From positions 10,237 to 74,236 of the forward strand of contig CAYYOW010000001.1 of assembly GCA_964473395.1 (NCBI GenBank): a stretch of 64,000 nucleotides of DNA, written 5' to 3'. The translations under genes and the position numbers were made by a program. Of this stretch, positions 37,650 to 48,441 are shown piece by piece. Under the pieces are notes generated by a model, which was not told the origin of the DNA, made no database searches, and was given only the letters and a program-made list of their open reading frames with translations. The first letter of the stretch is position 1, and every line of letters begins with the position of its first letter. This DNA comes from an uncultured Lentimicrobiaceae bacterium (lineage in GTDB: Bacteria > Bacteroidota > Bacteroidia > Bacteroidales > F082).

Positions 37650-38700
37650 AGAGTTGGAAATAAAAGCTTTAGAACTGTTAAAAGGACTGATTAAAACGCC
37701 CTCTTTTTCAGGTGAAGAAGAAGATGTAAGCCATATTTTACAAAATTGGTTAAAAACATTCGGAGTGAAGTACCATACATTGGGAAACAATATCTGGGCT
37801 CATAATCTGTTTTTTGATGCTTCAAAACCGACAGTTTTGTTAAATTCGCACATGGATACGGTAAAACCGAACAAAGGCTATACCCGCGACCCTTTTATCC
37901 CGGAAGTTGAGCAGAGAAAGCTGTATGGGCTTGGCAGCAATGATGCCGGAGGGCCGTTGGTCTCATTGCTATCTGCTTTTGTCTTTTTTTATAATCGTAA
38001 GAATCTAAAATACAATATTATAATAGCCACAACTGCTGAGGAAGAAAGTTCGGGTCCCAATGGGCTAAACAGCCTACTGAGGGGACTTCCACCCATCGAC
38101 TTTGCCGTGGTAGGAGAGCCAACCGGTATGCAAATGGCCATTGCCGAAAAAGGGCTGCTGGTCATTGACGCTTATGCTCCCGGAAAAGCAGGACATGCTG
38201 CACACAACAATACGGAAAATGCTATCTATAATGCACTTGGCGATATAAACCATATCCGTAATTACACTTTTGAGAAAGTTTCACCATTACTGGGAGAAGT
38301 TAAAATGACAGTGACCCAAATAGAGGCTGGAGAACAACACAATGTCGTTCCGGCCACCTGCCATTTTGTTATTGACATAAGGGTAAATGAGAAATACACC
38401 AGCCATGAAATTTTCGAGGTACTGGATAGACAGACAAAAAGCAAATTGGTTGCCCGCTCTTTCAATCTTAACCCATCATTCATCCGTAAGGAGCATCCTT
38501 TTGTGCAGGCCGGATTAAAATGGGGAAGGAAAACCTACGGGTCGCCAACGTTATCCGACCAGTCGGTTCTAAACATCCCTTCGCTAAAGATAGGACCCGG
38601 CAATTCGAAAAGATCGCACAGCGCAAACGAATTTATTTATTTGGATGAGCTGAAAGAAGGGATACAGCTTTTTATTAAAATTTTTGAAGAAATCTTATAA
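37639..38700 (+). CDS. argE: M20 family deacylase (acetylornithine/acetylcitrulline deacetylase)
   Basis: LLNSHMDTV, GLGSNDAG, AEEE, VVGEPT, GHAA, SHSANE; operon context. Confidence 0.88.
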   Translation: MKIEELEIKALELLKGLIKTPSFSGEEEDVSHILQNWLKTFGVKYHTLGNNIWAHNLFFDASKPTVLLNSHMDTVKPNKGYTRDPFIPEVEQRKLYGLGSNDAGGPLVSLLSAFVFFYNRKNLKYNIIIATTAEEESSGPNGLNSLLRGLPPIDFAVVGEPTGMQMAIAEKGLLVIDAYAPGKAGHAAHNNTENAIYNALGDINHIRNYTFEKVSPLLGEVKMTVTQIEAGEQHNVVPATCHFVIDIRVNEKYTSHEIFEVLDRQTKSKLVARSFNLNPSFIRKEHPFVQAGLKWGRKTYGSPTLSDQSVLNIPSLKIGPGNSKRSHSANEFIYLDELKEGIQLFIKIFEEIL

Positions 38701-38710
38701 ATCAGATATT

Positions 38711-40000
38711 ATGAAACTTTGGGATAAAGGATATGGCACTGCCGACATGGTTGAACATTTCACCGTGGGAGACGACCGTATTTTGGATATAAAACTAGCC
38801 AAATATGATGTAAAGGCCAGCCTGGCTCATGCCAAAATGTTAGAAAAAACTGGGCTTTTAAGCACTAAAGAATATCATGCCATTGCAAAAGGTCTTGGCT
38901 CCATTCAGAAAACCATCGAGAACGGCACCTTCACCATCGAAGAAACGTTTGAAGATGTGCACAGTAAAATAGAATTTGAGCTTACAAGAATGATAGGGGA
39001 GGCCGGGAAAAAGATTCACACAGCCCGCTCCCGTAACGACCAGGTATTGGTGGCCATGCACCTGTATCTAAAGGATGAAATAAAGACCATAAAACTGAAT
39101 ATTAGCCAATTGTTTGAAACCCTGTTACGTTTGAGTGAGCAGTATAAAGAGGTGGTGATGCCCGGCTATACCCACATGCAGGTGGCCATGCCTTCCTCTT
39201 TCGGACTTTGGTTTGCCGCCTACGCCGAAAGCCTGATTGATGATATCATAATGCTTAATGCTGTAGCCGATATAGCCGATCAAAACCCTTTGGGATCAGC
39301 AGCAGGTTTTGGCAGTAGTTTTCCCATTGACAGAAGTTACACGACAGAGCTATTAGGCTTTAAAACTCTAAAATACAATTCTTTAGCCGCGCAACTAAGT
39401 AGAGGGAAGCTGGAGAAGACCATGGCTTTCGCATTAGCATCAGTTTCCGGAACGTTATCAAAACTGGCATCAGATATGATTCTTTATCTGAGTCCGAATT
39501 TTAATTTTATCGGTTTCCCAAAAGAGCTGACCACCGGTTCCAGTATCATGCCGCACAAACAAAATCCGGATGTTCTGGAACTTTTGCGGGCAAAAAGTAA
39601 CAAAATACAAAATTTACCCAATGAGATAACTTTAATGATCAACAATCTTATAAGTGGTTATCACCGTGATTTTCAGCTTTTAAAAGGAAGTATTATGGGA
39701 GCTATAGATCAAGTGAAGGAAAATATTACAGTTTTTGATTTTATGCTGGATCATATATTGGTGAATAAAAATATACTGGATGATAAGGAGATGTACAAAT
39801 ATCTCTACAGTGTTGAGTCAGTCAACAAACTGGTGAAAGAGGGAATGTCATTCAGAGATGCCTACAGGATAGTTGGAGGCCAAATCCTGGGGGGTAATTA
39901 TCAACCGGAGAAAGCGCTTGGGCATACGCATGAGGGCAGCACTGGAAACTTAGATAACGATAAAATCAGAGAGAAATTTAACCAGTTTTATCATGAATAA
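38711..40000 (+). CDS. argH: argininosuccinate lyase (probable start ATG 38711)
   Basis: MKLWDKG, EDVHS, HTARSRNDQV, PGYTHMQ, TGSSIMPHKQNPD. Confidence 0.96.
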   Translation: MKLWDKGYGTADMVEHFTVGDDRILDIKLAKYDVKASLAHAKMLEKTGLLSTKEYHAIAKGLGSIQKTIENGTFTIEETFEDVHSKIEFELTRMIGEAGKKIHTARSRNDQVLVAMHLYLKDEIKTIKLNISQLFETLLRLSEQYKEVVMPGYTHMQVAMPSSFGLWFAAYAESLIDDIIMLNAVADIADQNPLGSAAGFGSSFPIDRSYTTELLGFKTLKYNSLAAQLSRGKLEKTMAFALASVSGTLSKLASDMILYLSPNFNFIGFPKELTTGSSIMPHKQNPDVLELLRAKSNKIQNLPNEITLMINNLISGYHRDFQLLKGSIMGAIDQVKENITVFDFMLDHILVNKNILDDKEMYKYLYSVESVNKLVKEGMSFRDAYRIVGGQILGGNYQPEKALGHTHEGSTGNLDNDKIREKFNQFYHE

Positions 40001-40244
40001 GGCGGTCATTATTATACTATAAGAGTCTAATATATTTATTAACAAGCTTATACACACTTTGTGTGCCAATGAGTTCCATGGTTTTTAAAATGCTCTTATA
40101 CTTAAATTGAAAAAAACATAAAACTTTACAAGATTTGCATTCTTTTATGTAAGGATTTTCTCCCATAATTGTCTCAATTTTGCATCACTTTATTTAGGGT
40201 AAGATGAAGTTACCCTAGATTATAACTGTAAAATTGAATTAGCC

Positions 40245-41570
40245 ATGGAAAAAAGAGATCTAGATATAAAAAATCGGAAAAAAGAAACAATCTGCCTGCC
40301 AAAATCAGAATCCCCACGGATTATTGTTATTGGTGGCGGGTTTGCCGGACTGGCCATTGTGGAAAGTTTAAAAAATCGACCGGTACAAGTTGTTCTTATT
40401 GATAAGAATAACTTTCATCAATTTCAACCTCTGTTTTATCAGGTTGCAACCAGCGGGCTGGAACCAGACAGCATTGTTTTTCCGTTCAGGAAACAGATTG
40501 GAAAAAGCAAAAATGTAATTTTCCGGCTTGCGGAAGTAGTCGAAATAAATACCGGAGAGAATATTGTGGTAACCAATAAGGGGACAATATGTTATGACTT
40601 TCTTGTGTTGGCTACCGGTTCTACCACCAACTTTTTCGGAATGGAAAATGTAAAGAGGAACAGTTTGGGAATGAAAGATATCCGCGATTCGCTGAACATA
40701 CGCCACATGATGCTGCAAAATCTGGAACAGGCAGCCATTACTTGCGATGAAAAGGAGCGTGATGCACTTACAAATTTTGTTATCGTAGGAGGAGGTCCGG
40801 CAGGGGTGGAAATGGCTGGAGCACTGGCAGAGTTTTGTAAATACGTCCTGCCTAAAGATTACCCAGAGTATCCTGCATCCATCATGAAGATTTACTTATT
40901 GGAGGCAATGGATGAGTTATTAGCTACCATGTCCGAAAATGCATCAAAAAAAACGTTAGGATATTTAAAGGCTCTTCATGTCAATGTTTTACTCAATGAA
41001 TCGGTAGTTGATTATGATGGAGAGATTGTTAGAACCAAAAATGGAATAGAAATCCATGCAAAAAATTTGATATGGACGGCTGGAGTAAAAGGCGAACTAC
41101 CAAAAGGTATTGATCCCCAAGCTATAGCCAGAGGCAACAGGCTAAAGGTAAACGAAAACTTGAAAGTTGACAGATACGAAAATGTATTCGCAATTGGAGA
41201 TGTTGCAGCGCAAATCTCTAACGAAACCCCACAAGGGCATCCGCAGGTGGCGCAAGTGGCCATTCAGCAGGGACATTATCTTGCTGATACAATAATGCAA
41301 ATCATTGAACAGAAAAATCCTCTTCAGGCAGGTTTCGTATACAAAGATAAAGGATCACTTGCCACAGTAGGAAAAAGAAGAGCCGTTGCTGATCTGGGGA
41401 AACTCAAGTTTAGCGGATATCCAGCCTGGTTGCTGTGGTCTGTTGTTCATCTCATGTCCATTAGTGGGTTTAGAAATAAAATACTGGTTGGGATTAACTG
41501 GGCCATAAGCTATTTTAGTTATGAAAAAAGCAACCGCGTTATTATCAGGAACTTTAAGCGTAAAATATGA
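40245..41570 (+). CDS. ndh: type II NADH:quinone oxidoreductase
   Basis: IGGGFAG, FQPLFYQVAT, VGGGPAGVEMAG, WTAGV, AIGD, AQVAIQQG, YKDKGSLATVG. Confidence 0.93.
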   Translation: MEKRDLDIKNRKKETICLPKSESPRIIVIGGGFAGLAIVESLKNRPVQVVLIDKNNFHQFQPLFYQVATSGLEPDSIVFPFRKQIGKSKNVIFRLAEVVEINTGENIVVTNKGTICYDFLVLATGSTTNFFGMENVKRNSLGMKDIRDSLNIRHMMLQNLEQAAITCDEKERDALTNFVIVGGGPAGVEMAGALAEFCKYVLPKDYPEYPASIMKIYLLEAMDELLATMSENASKKTLGYLKALHVNVLLNESVVDYDGEIVRTKNGIEIHAKNLIWTAGVKGELPKGIDPQAIARGNRLKVNENLKVDRYENVFAIGDVAAQISNETPQGHPQVAQVAIQQGHYLADTIMQIIEQKNPLQAGFVYKDKGSLATVGKRRAVADLGKLKFSGYPAWLLWSVVHLMSISGFRNKILVGINWAISYFSYEKSNRVIIRNFKRKI

Positions 41571-41647
41571 GTGTATGATGTCAGTGGCCCAGATGGCCGT
41601 AACTTTGGCCTTACCGGTACAAACTGATAAAAAGAATCATATTACAT

Positions 41648-41675
41648 TTGTCCTATAATATATATTATGTTAAAT
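41648..41675 (+). other. dif: dif site (XerC/XerD chromosome dimer resolution site)
   Basis: TTGTCCTATAA-TATATA-TTATGTTAAAT: an 11-6-11 layout whose XerD arm is identical to E. coli dif (TTATGTTAAAT); intergenic. Confidence 0.92.
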
Positions 41676-41686
41676 TGGCAACCTTA

Positions 41687-41722
41687 AACAAAAGGGAGAA
41701 AAACTGTTCCCTCCCTTTTGTT
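41687..41722. terminator. bidirectional terminator
   Basis: AACAAAAGGGAG...CTCCCTTTTGTT between convergent ndh and the TPR gene. Confidence 0.8.
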
Positions 41723-41734
41723 AGATTACAAGAC

Positions 41735-42883
41735 TTATTTCTGTTTCGAGACGAGTTCTTTCAACTTGTCATTCATTTTTAAACGTGCATAAGCTTCCTT
41801 CAGTCCTTTAATGGTTGGCTTATCATTCGGATTAAGTGCCAGCGCTTTTTCTAACCACGGAACAGCTTTTTTTAAGTTGACATTGGCTTCATCGTTCAGT
41901 GTCTTAAATTCTTTAACTTTACTCAGTGGTAAGTCGTTTGCCTCTTTCTGAATTTTTGAAGCTTTGTTTATAAAAATTGCTCCAATATTATAATAAGCTT
42001 CGAAAAACTTTGGGTTGACTTTGATTGCCTTGTTATAATATTCTTCTGCACTGTCTACCTTTCCCATATCATCATAGCTTTTTCCAATCAGGAAATTAAA
42101 GTTGGCATTAGCAGGATTATCGGGCTTCTTTGCAATGGCTTCTTTCAGGCTTTTAATCAGCTCGTCAGCTTGACCTCTTTCGAGATATAACTGAGCCTGT
42201 TCCAGTAGCAAACTCAGGTTATTAGGAAACCGGGTACGTCCTAATTTAACAGCGGCTACAGCTCCTGTGGTATCACCTAGTTGTTGCAATGCACGGTTAT
42301 AGTAGATAAAAATCTTAGGATCTTTAAAATTAACATCCACACATTTCTTTAAATATTCAGCGGCCACTTTGGGTCTATTCCCCAAAACACCCGTAATGCC
42401 AATATTAAAAGCGGCAGTTGTATCATACGTATCTAACTCCTTGGAAACCTGGAAAGCATCTCTAAAATATTCGATAGCTTTATCATAATTTTTTACTTTA
42501 AAACCATCGGATCCCTTTCCATAGAACACAGCAGAAAGTTTTTTAATGTATTTGTTAGCATCCTTTGTAATTCTCTTTTTTACATCCAACGATTTTGCTT
42601 TTTTCAGCGCCATGAAGGATTTGGTAGCAGCCAATGAATCCAGTGCCCTGAACTGTGGTAGCGGAGAGGTTGCAATGTCATAATAAATTTCACCGTAATA
42701 CAACCAGGTTTTGGCATCCTCTTTAGTTTTGTCATTCAGGACGGCCTTGTCAATGGCTTTTTTTGCACTTTCAAGCTGCCCCTTTTCCTTGTACATATAT
42801 GCACTTGTCCTGTTGCTTCTCTGTGCAAAGCCTACGGCAATAAACAGCAGGCTCATAGAAATTGATAAGATTAACTTTTTCAT
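41735..42883 (-). CDS. secreted tetratricopeptide repeat protein (probable start ATG 42883)
   Basis: Signal peptide MKKLILSISMSLLFIAVGFA; multiple TPRs; downstream of gyrA. Confidence 0.88.
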   Translation of the reverse strand: MKKLILSISMSLLFIAVGFAQRSNRTSAYMYKEKGQLESAKKAIDKAVLNDKTKEDAKTWLYYGEIYYDIATSPLPQFRALDSLAATKSFMALKKAKSLDVKKRITKDANKYIKKLSAVFYGKGSDGFKVKNYDKAIEYFRDAFQVSKELDTYDTTAAFNIGITGVLGNRPKVAAEYLKKCVDVNFKDPKIFIYYNRALQQLGDTTGAVAAVKLGRTRFPNNLSLLLEQAQLYLERGQADELIKSLKEAIAKKPDNPANANFNFLIGKSYDDMGKVDSAEEYYNKAIKVNPKFFEAYYNIGAIFINKASKIQKEANDLPLSKVKEFKTLNDEANVNLKKAVPWLEKALALNPNDKPTIKGLKEAYARLKMNDKLKELVSKQK

Positions 42884-42963
42884 ATTAAAACATTTTTGTG
42901 TTTGCAAAGATATAATTTACAATAATTATACCATTCATTTTACTTATTTATTAAGGCTCTAAA

Positions 42964-45513
42964 TTAATCTTGTTGTTCAGGGTTTTCAATACTGTCGTCC
43001 TCTGTCTGGGTTTCACCCGGATTTTGAATTTCCTCTTCTTCTTCATGATCATTTCCCAAAGGTTCGAACATTTCCACCTTTGCAACGGCAGCAATTTCAT
43101 CATCATCCTTCAGGTTGATAAGCCTCACTCCCTGAGTAGCACGTCCCATAACACGGAGGCTGTCAACAGGAATACGAATAGTAATTCCTGATTTGTTAAT
43201 AATCATAAGGTCATCGTCGTCAGTAACATTTTTAATGGCAATCAGGTTACCTGTCTTTTCGGTAATATTCAGAGTCTTCACCCCTTTTCCACCTCTGTTT
43301 GTAACGCGGTAATCGTCTAATTTAGAACGCTTTCCGTAACCTTTCTCAGAGACAACGAGAATATCATACGAACCATCTTCCACGCATATCATCCCAATAA
43401 CTTCATCTTTTTCGGAGGCGAGACGGATACCTCTTACACCGGCAGCGGTACGTCCCATGGCGCGTACTTTAACTTCGTTGAAACGAATAGCCCTACCCGA
43501 CTTAAGCGCCAGCAAAACCTCGTTTGTACCATTGGTAAGCCGTGCAGCGAGCAGCTCATCGCCTTCGTGAATGGTGATTGCATTGATACCGTTGGTACGC
43601 GGACGCGAATAAGCTTCGAGAGAAGTTTTCTTTATGGTGCCATGTTTTGTAGCCAGAACAATAAAATTGTTCTGAATATACTCCTCGTCTTTTAAATCTT
43701 TAATATTAATATATGCTTTTACAGAATCGTCGGGTCCTAGCTGGATGATGTTCTGTATGGCCCTTCCTTTCGTTGCTTTGGCACCTTCGGGAATTTCGAA
43801 GACCCTGAGCCAGTAAACTTTACCCTGCTCGGTAAAGAACAACATATAATTGTGGTTAGTAGCCACAAACATGTGCCTCAGAAAATCCTCATTACGGGTA
43901 GTGCTGCCCCTTGAGCCGCGGCCTCCCCTGCCCTGCACATGATACTCGGTAAGCGGCGTCCGTTTAATATATCCCAAATGCGAAATGGTAATCACAACCG
44001 GTTCATCGGGAATAACATCTTCCATGCGGATATCTTCAGCTGTATAAACTATCTCCGAACGACGTTCATCACCATATTTTTCCTTAATGCGCAACAGTTC
44101 GTCTTTGATAATTTTCATCCTAATATCAACATCGCCCAGAATTTCCTTTAGTTCGGTAATTAGCGTCATTAAATCATCATAATCGGCTTTCAGTTTTTCT
44201 CTTTCCAGACCTGTCAATTTCTGTAAACGCATTTCGAGGATGGCTTTGGCCTGTACATCAGATAACTCAAAACGTCGTATCAACCCCTGTTTGGCTTCCT
44301 CTGGTGTTTTGGATGCTCTGATAAGCGCAATCACTTCATCAATATTATCAAGCGCAATTATCAGCCCCTCAAGTATATGCGCTTTACGCTCGGCTTCCTT
44401 AAGGTTGTAACGCGTACGTCTGATAACAACTTCATGGCGATGATTTACGTAGTGTTTTATCAGTCCTTTCAGGTCAAGCGCCTCAGGGCGTCCGTTCACC
44501 AGTGCAATGTTGTTTACACTGAAAGAGCTTTGCAGCGCGGTCATCTTATATAGTTTATTGATGACAATACTGGCCAGCGCATCTCTTTTCAGGTCATACA
44601 CAATACGCATACCGTTACGATCCGATTCGTCATTAAGATCCGCTATACCATCAATTTTTTTCTCATTAACAAGATCAGCCGTCTTTTTAATCATATCGGC
44701 CTTGTTCACCTGATAAGGTAACTCTGTAACGATAATTCTTTCGCGTCCGCTTTTGGTTTCTTCAATATTTACTTTACCCCGAATGACAACACGTCCCCGG
44801 CCTGTTTCAAATGCAGACTTTACCCCTTCATAACCGTAAATAATACCACCGGTAGGAAAATCGGGAGCCTTGATATAATTCATTAGCTCCTTGATAGTAA
44901 TATCATTATTACCTATATATGCAATAATTCCATCCACAATTTCCGACAAGTTATGGGGCGCCATATTAGTTGCCATGCCCACGGCAATACCGGAAGCTCC
45001 GTTTACCAGCAGGTTGGGAATAAGCGACGGTAACACAGTGGGTTCTTTAATGGTATCATCAAAATTAAGTTGATGGTCCACAGTGTCTTTATCCAAATCC
45101 GACAGCATCTCTTCTGCAATCTTGCGCAACCTGGCTTCGGTATAACGCATGGCAGCAGGGCTATCGCCGTCGATGGAGCCAAAGTTTCCCTGACCATCAA
45201 CCAGTGGATAACGCAACGACCACTCCTGGGCCATCCGAACCATGGTGTCGTAAACAGAACTATCTCCGTGGGGATGAAATTTACCAAGCACCTCCCCTAC
45301 TATTCTGGCCGACTTTTTATAGGCCCTGTTTGAAAATACTCCCAGCTCATACATCCCGAACAAAACACGGCGATGAACAGGTTTTAATCCATCGCGTACA
45401 TCTGGCAGTGCACGGGCTACAATCACCGACATCGAATAATCGATGTAGGCCGCCTTCATTTGATTTTCTATGTTTACTTTTACGATTCTTTCACCGTCAT
45501 GAACACTCTCCAT
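42964..45513 (-). CDS. gyrA: DNA gyrase subunit A
   Basis: [33 protein letters not shown], GyrA-box-like QGRGGRG. Confidence 0.98.
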   Translation of the reverse strand: MESVHDGERIVKVNIENQMKAAYIDYSMSVIVARALPDVRDGLKPVHRRVLFGMYELGVFSNRAYKKSARIVGEVLGKFHPHGDSSVYDTMVRMAQEWSLRYPLVDGQGNFGSIDGDSPAAMRYTEARLRKIAEEMLSDLDKDTVDHQLNFDDTIKEPTVLPSLIPNLLVNGASGIAVGMATNMAPHNLSEIVDGIIAYIGNNDITIKELMNYIKAPDFPTGGIIYGYEGVKSAFETGRGRVVIRGKVNIEETKSGRERIIVTELPYQVNKADMIKKTADLVNEKKIDGIADLNDESDRNGMRIVYDLKRDALASIVINKLYKMTALQSSFSVNNIALVNGRPEALDLKGLIKHYVNHRHEVVIRRTRYNLKEAERKAHILEGLIIALDNIDEVIALIRASKTPEEAKQGLIRRFELSDVQAKAILEMRLQKLTGLEREKLKADYDDLMTLITELKEILGDVDIRMKIIKDELLRIKEKYGDERRSEIVYTAEDIRMEDVIPDEPVVITISHLGYIKRTPLTEYHVQGRGGRGSRGSTTRNEDFLRHMFVATNHNYMLFFTEQGKVYWLRVFEIPEGAKATKGRAIQNIIQLGPDDSVKAYINIKDLKDEEYIQNNFIVLATKHGTIKKTSLEAYSRPRTNGINAITIHEGDELLAARLTNGTNEVLLALKSGRAIRFNEVKVRAMGRTAAGVRGIRLASEKDEVIGMICVEDGSYDILVVSEKGYGKRSKLDDYRVTNRGGKGVKTLNITEKTGNLIAIKNVTDDDDLMIINKSGITIRIPVDSLRVMGRATQGVRLINLKDDDEIAAVAKVEMFEPLGNDHEEEEEIQNPGETQTEDDSIENPEQQD

Positions 45514-45557
45514 GAATTCAACCCCTTTTCATTAATAATTGAAAAAATTATAGCTTG

Positions 45558-45565
45558 CAAAAGTA
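45558..45565 (-). promoter_or_regulatory. -7 promoter element of gyrA
   Basis: CAAAAGTA on + = TACTTTTG on -. Confidence 0.55.
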
Positions 45566-45823
45566 ATTATTTATGCTGGTTTTAAAAAGAAAATAGGTTA
45601 TTAAATTTACATTTGTTTTAACAACATTGTGTTAATAATTTGAATTTAATTTTTGTTACAGTTGCCAAACTGCTTATATATTTGTTTACATGTAAAAAGT
45701 TGTACCAATGAGGCTCCAAATTGTATTACCGGAAAATAAATCAGTAAAAAATATCAATATTCAGCAAATGGAATGGTTTTGGTAAAAGGCTTATGTGTAA
45801 TTTTGCATGGAAATTAAAAACAT

Positions 45824-48373
45824 ATGGATACAAAATTTTCTAAACAAATGAGAGATGTGATGTCATATAGCCGTGAAGAGGCTGTACGACTGGGAAATAA
45901 CTATATTGGACTTGAGCACTTTATGCTGGGGATACTGCGCGATGGTGAAGGAATGGCTATTCAAATGCTACTCTATTTTGGCGTTGACTTAAAGAAGCTG
46001 AAACAGGAAATTGAAGATGCCGTAAGAACCCCGGAAGCTGTTGGCGTTGTCATGGAAAATATTCCGGTTGTTAAACAAGCCGAGAAAGCCATGAAAATAA
46101 CTTACCTCGAAGCCAAAGTATTTCAAAGTGAAGAGATTGGTACCGAGCATCTGCTACTGGCTATTTTAAAAGATGATAATAACCTTGTTACGCATAAACT
46201 TTCCCTTGCAGGGGTCGATTATCAGTCTGTTAAAGAAGAACTTGGACATGCATTGAAAGAAAATAGGATGAAAGGTAACTATCCTGAAACAAAACCTGAT
46301 ATTATAAGTGAAACGGGGAGCAATATTGCCGGTTCTGACAAACCACCTTATGGCAGCAACCCGAAGAAATCGGCGGAACCCAAATCCAAGACACCTGTAC
46401 TCGATAATTTCGGTAACGACCTTACACGGGCAGCCGAAGAAGGCCGGCTAGACCCCATCGTTGGTCGTGACAAAGAGCTGGAACGTATTGCCCAGGTGCT
46501 GAGCCGTAGGAAAAAAAATAATCCGATTCTTATTGGGGAACCTGGTGTTGGAAAATCGGCTATTGCAGAAGGATTGGCTCTTCGTATTATCAACCGAAAA
46601 GTCTCCCGTGCCTTATTCAACAAGCGTATCATAACGCTTGATTTGGCATCGCTTGTGGCTGGCACAAAATACCGCGGCCAGTTTGAGGAACGAATGAAAG
46701 CCGTTTTGAATGAACTGACAAAAAATACGGATATCATTCTTTTTATCGATGAAATACACACCATTGTTGGTGCCGGGAATGCCTCCGGTTCGCTGGATGC
46801 TTCCAATATGTTTAAACCTGCACTGGCACGAGGCGAGCTGCAATGTATTGGTGCCACAACCCTAGATGAATACAGGCAATACATCGAAAAAGATGGTGCG
46901 CTGGAAAGAAGATTCCAGAAAGTGCTGGTTGACCCAACCACTCCGGATGAAACCATGCATATCCTTGAAAACATTAAAGAAAAATATGAGGACCATCATT
47001 TGGTGAAATATACCGATGATGCTATTCGCGCGTGCGTAAATCTTACTAACCGTTATATCTCAGATCGTTATCTGCCCGACAAAGCAATTGATGCGCTGGA
47101 TGAAGCAGGTGCCCGCGTACATATCAGCAATATTCATGTGCCGGCAGAAATTATCAATCTGGAGAAATCCATTGAGGAAATACGGCAGAAAAAGGTATTG
47201 TCCATTAACCAGCAAAAATTTGAAGAGGCTGCTCAGTTTCGCGATATTGAAAGGCGCTATACCGAAGAGTTGGAGCGTGCGAAAAAACGTTGGGAAGAAG
47301 ATGCCCAGCTGAACCGTGAAGAGGTTAATGAAGAGAAAGTGGCAGAAGTAGTGGCCATGATGACGGGTATTCCTGTTACCAATATCGCCCAAAGTGAAAG
47401 CCATCGGCTTATTAACATGGAGCCCGAACTTCAGGAAGAGGTCATCGGACAACCAGAGGCTATCAGAAAAGTGGTAAAAGCTATCCGTCGTAACCGTGCC
47501 GGATTAAAAGATCCAATGAAACCTATTGGCTCTTTTATCTTTTTGGGCCCCACGGGTGTAGGGAAAACTTATCTGGCCAAGATGCTGGCAAAATACATGT
47601 TTGACTCGGAAGATGCCCTTATACGTATTGACATGAGCGAATACATGGAGAAGTTTGCCGTATCGCGTCTCGTGGGTGCACCTCCCGGATACGTGGGCTA
47701 TGAAGAAGGAGGCCAGCTGACCGAAAAAGTCCGCCGCAAACCTTACTCTATCATTTTGCTGGATGAAATTGAAAAAGCCCATCCCGATGTGTTCCACCTT
47801 TTGTTGCAAATGCTTGATGATGGCGTACTAACCGATAGCCTGGGAAGAAAAGTCGATTTTAAAAACACCATTATTATTATGACTTCCAATATTGGTTCGC
47901 GGCAGCTGAAAGATTTTGGTTCGGGTGTAGGATTTAGTACTGCAGCCAAAAAACAGAGCCGTGCCAGTCATACCCACGGTGTGATTGAGAACGCTCTAAA
48001 GCGAACTTTTGCTCCGGAGTTTCTGAACCGAATAGATGATGTGGTTATTTTCGAATCACTTGACAAAGAAGATATTTATAAAATTATTGATATCGAATTG
48101 TCTCACCTGTATGGCCGTATCAACGAAATGGGATATAAGATAAGCGTTACTGCCAAGGCAAAAGACTTTATCATCGATAAGGGCTGGGATGAACAGTTTG
48201 GCGCCCGGCCACTGAAACGTGCTATTCAAAAATATATTGAAGACCCTCTTGCTGAGGAAATTATTAAAAGCACCCTCAAGGAAAATGATAAAATTAGAAT
48301 TGATTATGATGCAAAGAAAGATGAGCTTAAAGTAAAAATTTCTGCTCCCCGGAGTGTTCCTGCTAAGAAATAA
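45824..48373 (+). CDS. clpC: ATP-dependent Clp protease ATP-binding subunit ClpC
   Basis: Clp N-domain, two AAA+ modules (GEPGVGKS, GPTGVGKT), UVR coiled coil, ClpP-docking VGF loop. Confidence 0.95.
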   Translation: MDTKFSKQMRDVMSYSREEAVRLGNNYIGLEHFMLGILRDGEGMAIQMLLYFGVDLKKLKQEIEDAVRTPEAVGVVMENIPVVKQAEKAMKITYLEAKVFQSEEIGTEHLLLAILKDDNNLVTHKLSLAGVDYQSVKEELGHALKENRMKGNYPETKPDIISETGSNIAGSDKPPYGSNPKKSAEPKSKTPVLDNFGNDLTRAAEEGRLDPIVGRDKELERIAQVLSRRKKNNPILIGEPGVGKSAIAEGLALRIINRKVSRALFNKRIITLDLASLVAGTKYRGQFEERMKAVLNELTKNTDIILFIDEIHTIVGAGNASGSLDASNMFKPALARGELQCIGATTLDEYRQYIEKDGALERRFQKVLVDPTTPDETMHILENIKEKYEDHHLVKYTDDAIRACVNLTNRYISDRYLPDKAIDALDEAGARVHISNIHVPAEIINLEKSIEEIRQKKVLSINQQKFEEAAQFRDIERRYTEELERAKKRWEEDAQLNREEVNEEKVAEVVAMMTGIPVTNIAQSESHRLINMEPELQEEVIGQPEAIRKVVKAIRRNRAGLKDPMKPIGSFIFLGPTGVGKTYLAKMLAKYMFDSEDALIRIDMSEYMEKFAVSRLVGAPPGYVGYEEGGQLTEKVRRKPYSIILLDEIEKAHPDVFHLLLQMLDDGVLTDSLGRKVDFKNTIIIMTSNIGSRQLKDFGSGVGFSTAAKKQSRASHTHGVIENALKRTFAPEFLNRIDDVVIFESLDKEDIYKIIDIELSHLYGRINEMGYKISVTAKAKDFIIDKGWDEQFGARPLKRAIQKYIEDPLAEEIIKSTLKENDKIRIDYDAKKDELKVKISAPRSVPAKK

Positions 48374-48441
48374 GAAAACGGATAGACAGCTTCTTTTCCC
48401 CCGTAAACTATTTACCGGTGTGAAATTTAAAATATATATAT

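Noticed and set aside
46348-46974. 208-aa antisense ORF inside clpC, and similar shadow ORFs (10427-11020, 26917-27459, 33223-33804)
   Set aside because: These are antisense shadows of conserved genes with no recognisable motifs
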